This document shows, piece by piece, positions 61,902-64,000 of a stretch of DNA of 64,000 nucleotides. A program made the translations under genes and the position numbers. Below the pieces are notes generated by a model. The model made no database searches, was not told the origin of the DNA, and worked only from the letters and a program-made list of their open reading frames with translations. Within the stretch, counting starts at the first letter, position 1. Each line of letters starts with the position of its first letter. Source of the DNA: Amoebophrya sp. A120 (Eukaryota; Protista; Dinoflagellata); the NCBI GenBank assembly GCA_905178155.1, contig CAJINV010000011.1, positions 1,139,982 to 1,203,981 on the forward strand, read 5' to 3'.

Positions 61902-62742
61902 ATCATCATCATCGTCATCATGTTTGTGTTTGTCCTGACATTTGAACATTTGTCTTTCCTCATTCTCATGTGAGTGGACGTACACTCGAGCGCATTTCAT
62001 TGTGACATTCGCGCTGTCACTCCGCGAACCAGAGGCCGTCCTGGTTGCGGTAGAAGCTCTGGCCGGCAACGTACTTTACTTCCCTTCCCGTGTTCTCGCA
62101 AAAATCTTCCCCGGACACCGTAAATTGAACCTCTGGGTCACTTTCTGCTTGCCAGTATTCCCCCCGGTTGGCGCCCGGCACTCTGCCCCAGCGCCTGCCG
62201 TTGATTTTTTGAAGGAACGCCGCCCGAGACTCCTCTGCTTCTTTTCTCTGTTGTTCTATCCTCGCCTTCTGTTGCTCGTTTCTTTGCGCCATTTTCCCCG
62301 TAGCTTGCCTCTGTTTCTTTTGCCGGTCGGCTCGGCCCGTCTGTTCCATCCTTTTTGCACGCATAAATTCCTTTGTGGCTTCTGCATCGGGCGGGGCCTT
62401 GAAGAATTGCTCTGCATCGAGGCCGTAGTGGTGGAAGTCCTGCAACACCAGCTTCCCCCACGGTGACTTAGTCGCGACCTCGTTTGCTATCCAGAGCCCG
62501 GAGGGCTCTGTTTTATCTCGCGCTGCGTGTGCCACCCAAGCCATACGCTTTTCCCGCACGGCTGTCTCTATGTCCAACACCCCCAATCGCCTGCATAGCT
62601 CTATTCTGCTCGCGTAGTCGTCCTCTTCTTCCTGTTCGTCGCTCTGCTGCTGCTCTCTCTGCCACTGTCTTTTCTCGCCAAGCCACGGCGGGGCCGCTGT
62701 CTTTTCTCGCCAAGCCACTGTCTTTCTCTGCCACTGTCTTTT
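61902..62742 (-). mobile_element. 5'-truncated LINE-like fragment, copy 2
   Basis: Duplicate of 59955-60795; ORF 62017..62754. Confidence 0.6.
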
Positions 62743-63052
62743 CAGCTGGGCCACGGCGGGCGGAGCCGCGGCGGCGGCGGTACAGTCGGCACGGGGTGGC
62801 GCGTTTATCGGCTGGAAGTCGAACTGAGACGAAAGACAAAGAAATCAATGACGCATACTGAAATAAAACAACTCTGCTCAACTACTGCATGCCAGACCTG
62901 CTAACGAAACTGATAAAGAAGACAGTCACGCTTCTTTAGTGGACCTATAAAACTCTTGGCGCCTGTAATTACCTTTCTAGCATCAGCTAGTCAAATGAAC
63001 TACGAGCTGAGGCTCGGGTTGTGTTTTTTATCCGTTTTGAATTCAATGTAAT

Positions 63053-63334
63053 GAACCGATCCAAGTTCAACTTGGATCGGTTCTATGAAGAATCACTATG
63101 AAGAATACAACTTAGTTGTATTCTTCATAGTGATCGTCATGTCCTCGTGACTACCAACTCTAGATGTGGTCTCGCCCAGGGCTCCAGACATCGTTTCTTC
63201 TTCGCATCTTCGCTACTGGTAGAAGTCGCACTTAAAAAGTAGCAGTCGTTGTCGTGCAGTCGTTTTCATCTTCGGACGAGTCGCGAATGTGTCGACTGTG
63301 ATTCACGAATCGCCCGTGTAACGCGCGTTACACG
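63053..63334. repeat. Cluster of three perfect palindromes
   Basis: 63053-63083 (15-bp arms, 1-nt spacer), 63092-63134 (21-bp arms, 1-nt spacer), 63315-63334 (CGTGTAACGCGCGTTACACG, no spacer). Confidence 0.9.
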
Positions 63335-63518
63335 ACCTGGGATTTGGTTACCGGGTCGGAGATTTATTATTTTATTATTTCGCAATGTACTACATAGCGA
63401 AAGCGAACAAACAAATGAATCGAATGTAGTCCGTTCGATGACTGCTCGACGTTCCAAACGAAAAAACAAGTAGAGAAATAAACTCAAGTAGAACCTAGAA
63501 GACCAAAACTAAGCAACG

Positions 63519-64000
63519 ATGGTGCTCGGAGGACTCAGCCACCAAATATCGACCGCTTTCGCGTCCCTACCTGCATGGAGGTCTCGCGGTAGTGAGCACT
63601 ACGCCACCTCCACAAGCCACGAATCTCCTTCGCGTTTCGGAGAAGATGAGCTGCTTCGTCTTCCTGACACAGGTAGTTCCGGGAGTTCGTCTTCATCCTC
63701 ATCAAGAAAGACGTCTTCGGCCAACTGGTGGATGTTGCCGGGAGCTGCAAATCTGGGAAGCAAGACTGGAAGCAGACCACACTCGTTGTCGTCCTTTCAT
63801 GGGCTCGACAGCGGTGTAGTGCAGCCACGAACGCGAGCGACCTCGTCACTGCAGCGTACTTCTGAATCTGATTGTACACCGGTGATGAAACGCGACAAAC
63901 ATACACAATCATCAACGCTGCACCCAAATCGAAACCCAGGAGACAGCCACAGCAAGACCTCTTTTGTCGAAGCCGGTCTGATGGGCAAGGAACACCACCA
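63519..64000 (+). CDS. 5' part of a Ser-rich hypothetical protein running off the window
   Basis: ATG at 63519 (MVLGGLSHQISTAF...) stays open to the window end. Composition resembles the neighbouring genes. Absent from the ORF track because no stop codon is reached. Confidence 0.6.
   Translation, partial: MVLGGLSHQISTAFASLPAWRSRGSEHYATSTSHESPSRFGEDELLRLPDTGSSGSSSSSSSRKTSSANWWMLPGAANLGSKTGSRPHSLSSFHGLDSGVVQPRTRATSSLQRTSESDCTPVMKRDKHTQSSTLHPNRNPGDSHSKTSFVEAGLMGKEHH

Larger units (their letters stand above)
59872..62794. repeat. Near-identical ~976-bp direct duplication (59872-60847 and 61819-62794, offset 1947)
   Basis: Read directly from the sequence. The paired ORFs 60070..60807 and 62017..62754 differ at 2 of 245 residues. 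Confidence 0.95.

Noticed and set aside
63053-63134. Hairpins as rho-independent terminators or tRNA
   Set aside because: 1-nt loops, no U-tract and no cloverleaf; recorded as palindromes only.

Overview
This is eukaryotic, gene-dense DNA. All 13 protein-coding genes I could reconstruct lie on the + strand, and most encode long proteins rich in Ser/Gly/Ala low-complexity sequence. The one-strand gene cluster, inflated proteins and TIR-bounded non-canonical introns fit the parasitic dinoflagellate Amoebophrya (Syndiniales); that taxon call is inference. The ORF track fragments most genes because they carry two intron classes: ordinary GT-AG introns, and 11 introner-like elements (112-1047 bp) with terminal inverted repeats (mostly TAT...ATA ends) and 5-bp flanking direct repeats. 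None of the 11 has a GT-AG boundary in any register of its repeat, yet in every case removing the element plus exactly 5 nt restores the reading frame. Two have empty-site evidence inside the window. Genes: a ~5190-aa multi-cNMP-binding protein, a 2OG-Fe(II) dioxygenase-like protein with an AT-hook (TET/JBP-like candidate, visible only after removing 7 introns), an LRR protein, a DeSI/PPPDE peptidase, a TBC Rab-GAP, a BT1 folate/biopterin transporter, two tandem paralogous TRAF-ZnF/RING/ParB-like proteins, a DnaJ protein and several unknowns. The DnaJ 3' end is repeated four times around two truncated LINE-like fragments, and the copies differ only at synonymous sites. All gene models were built by eye and have no transcript support.
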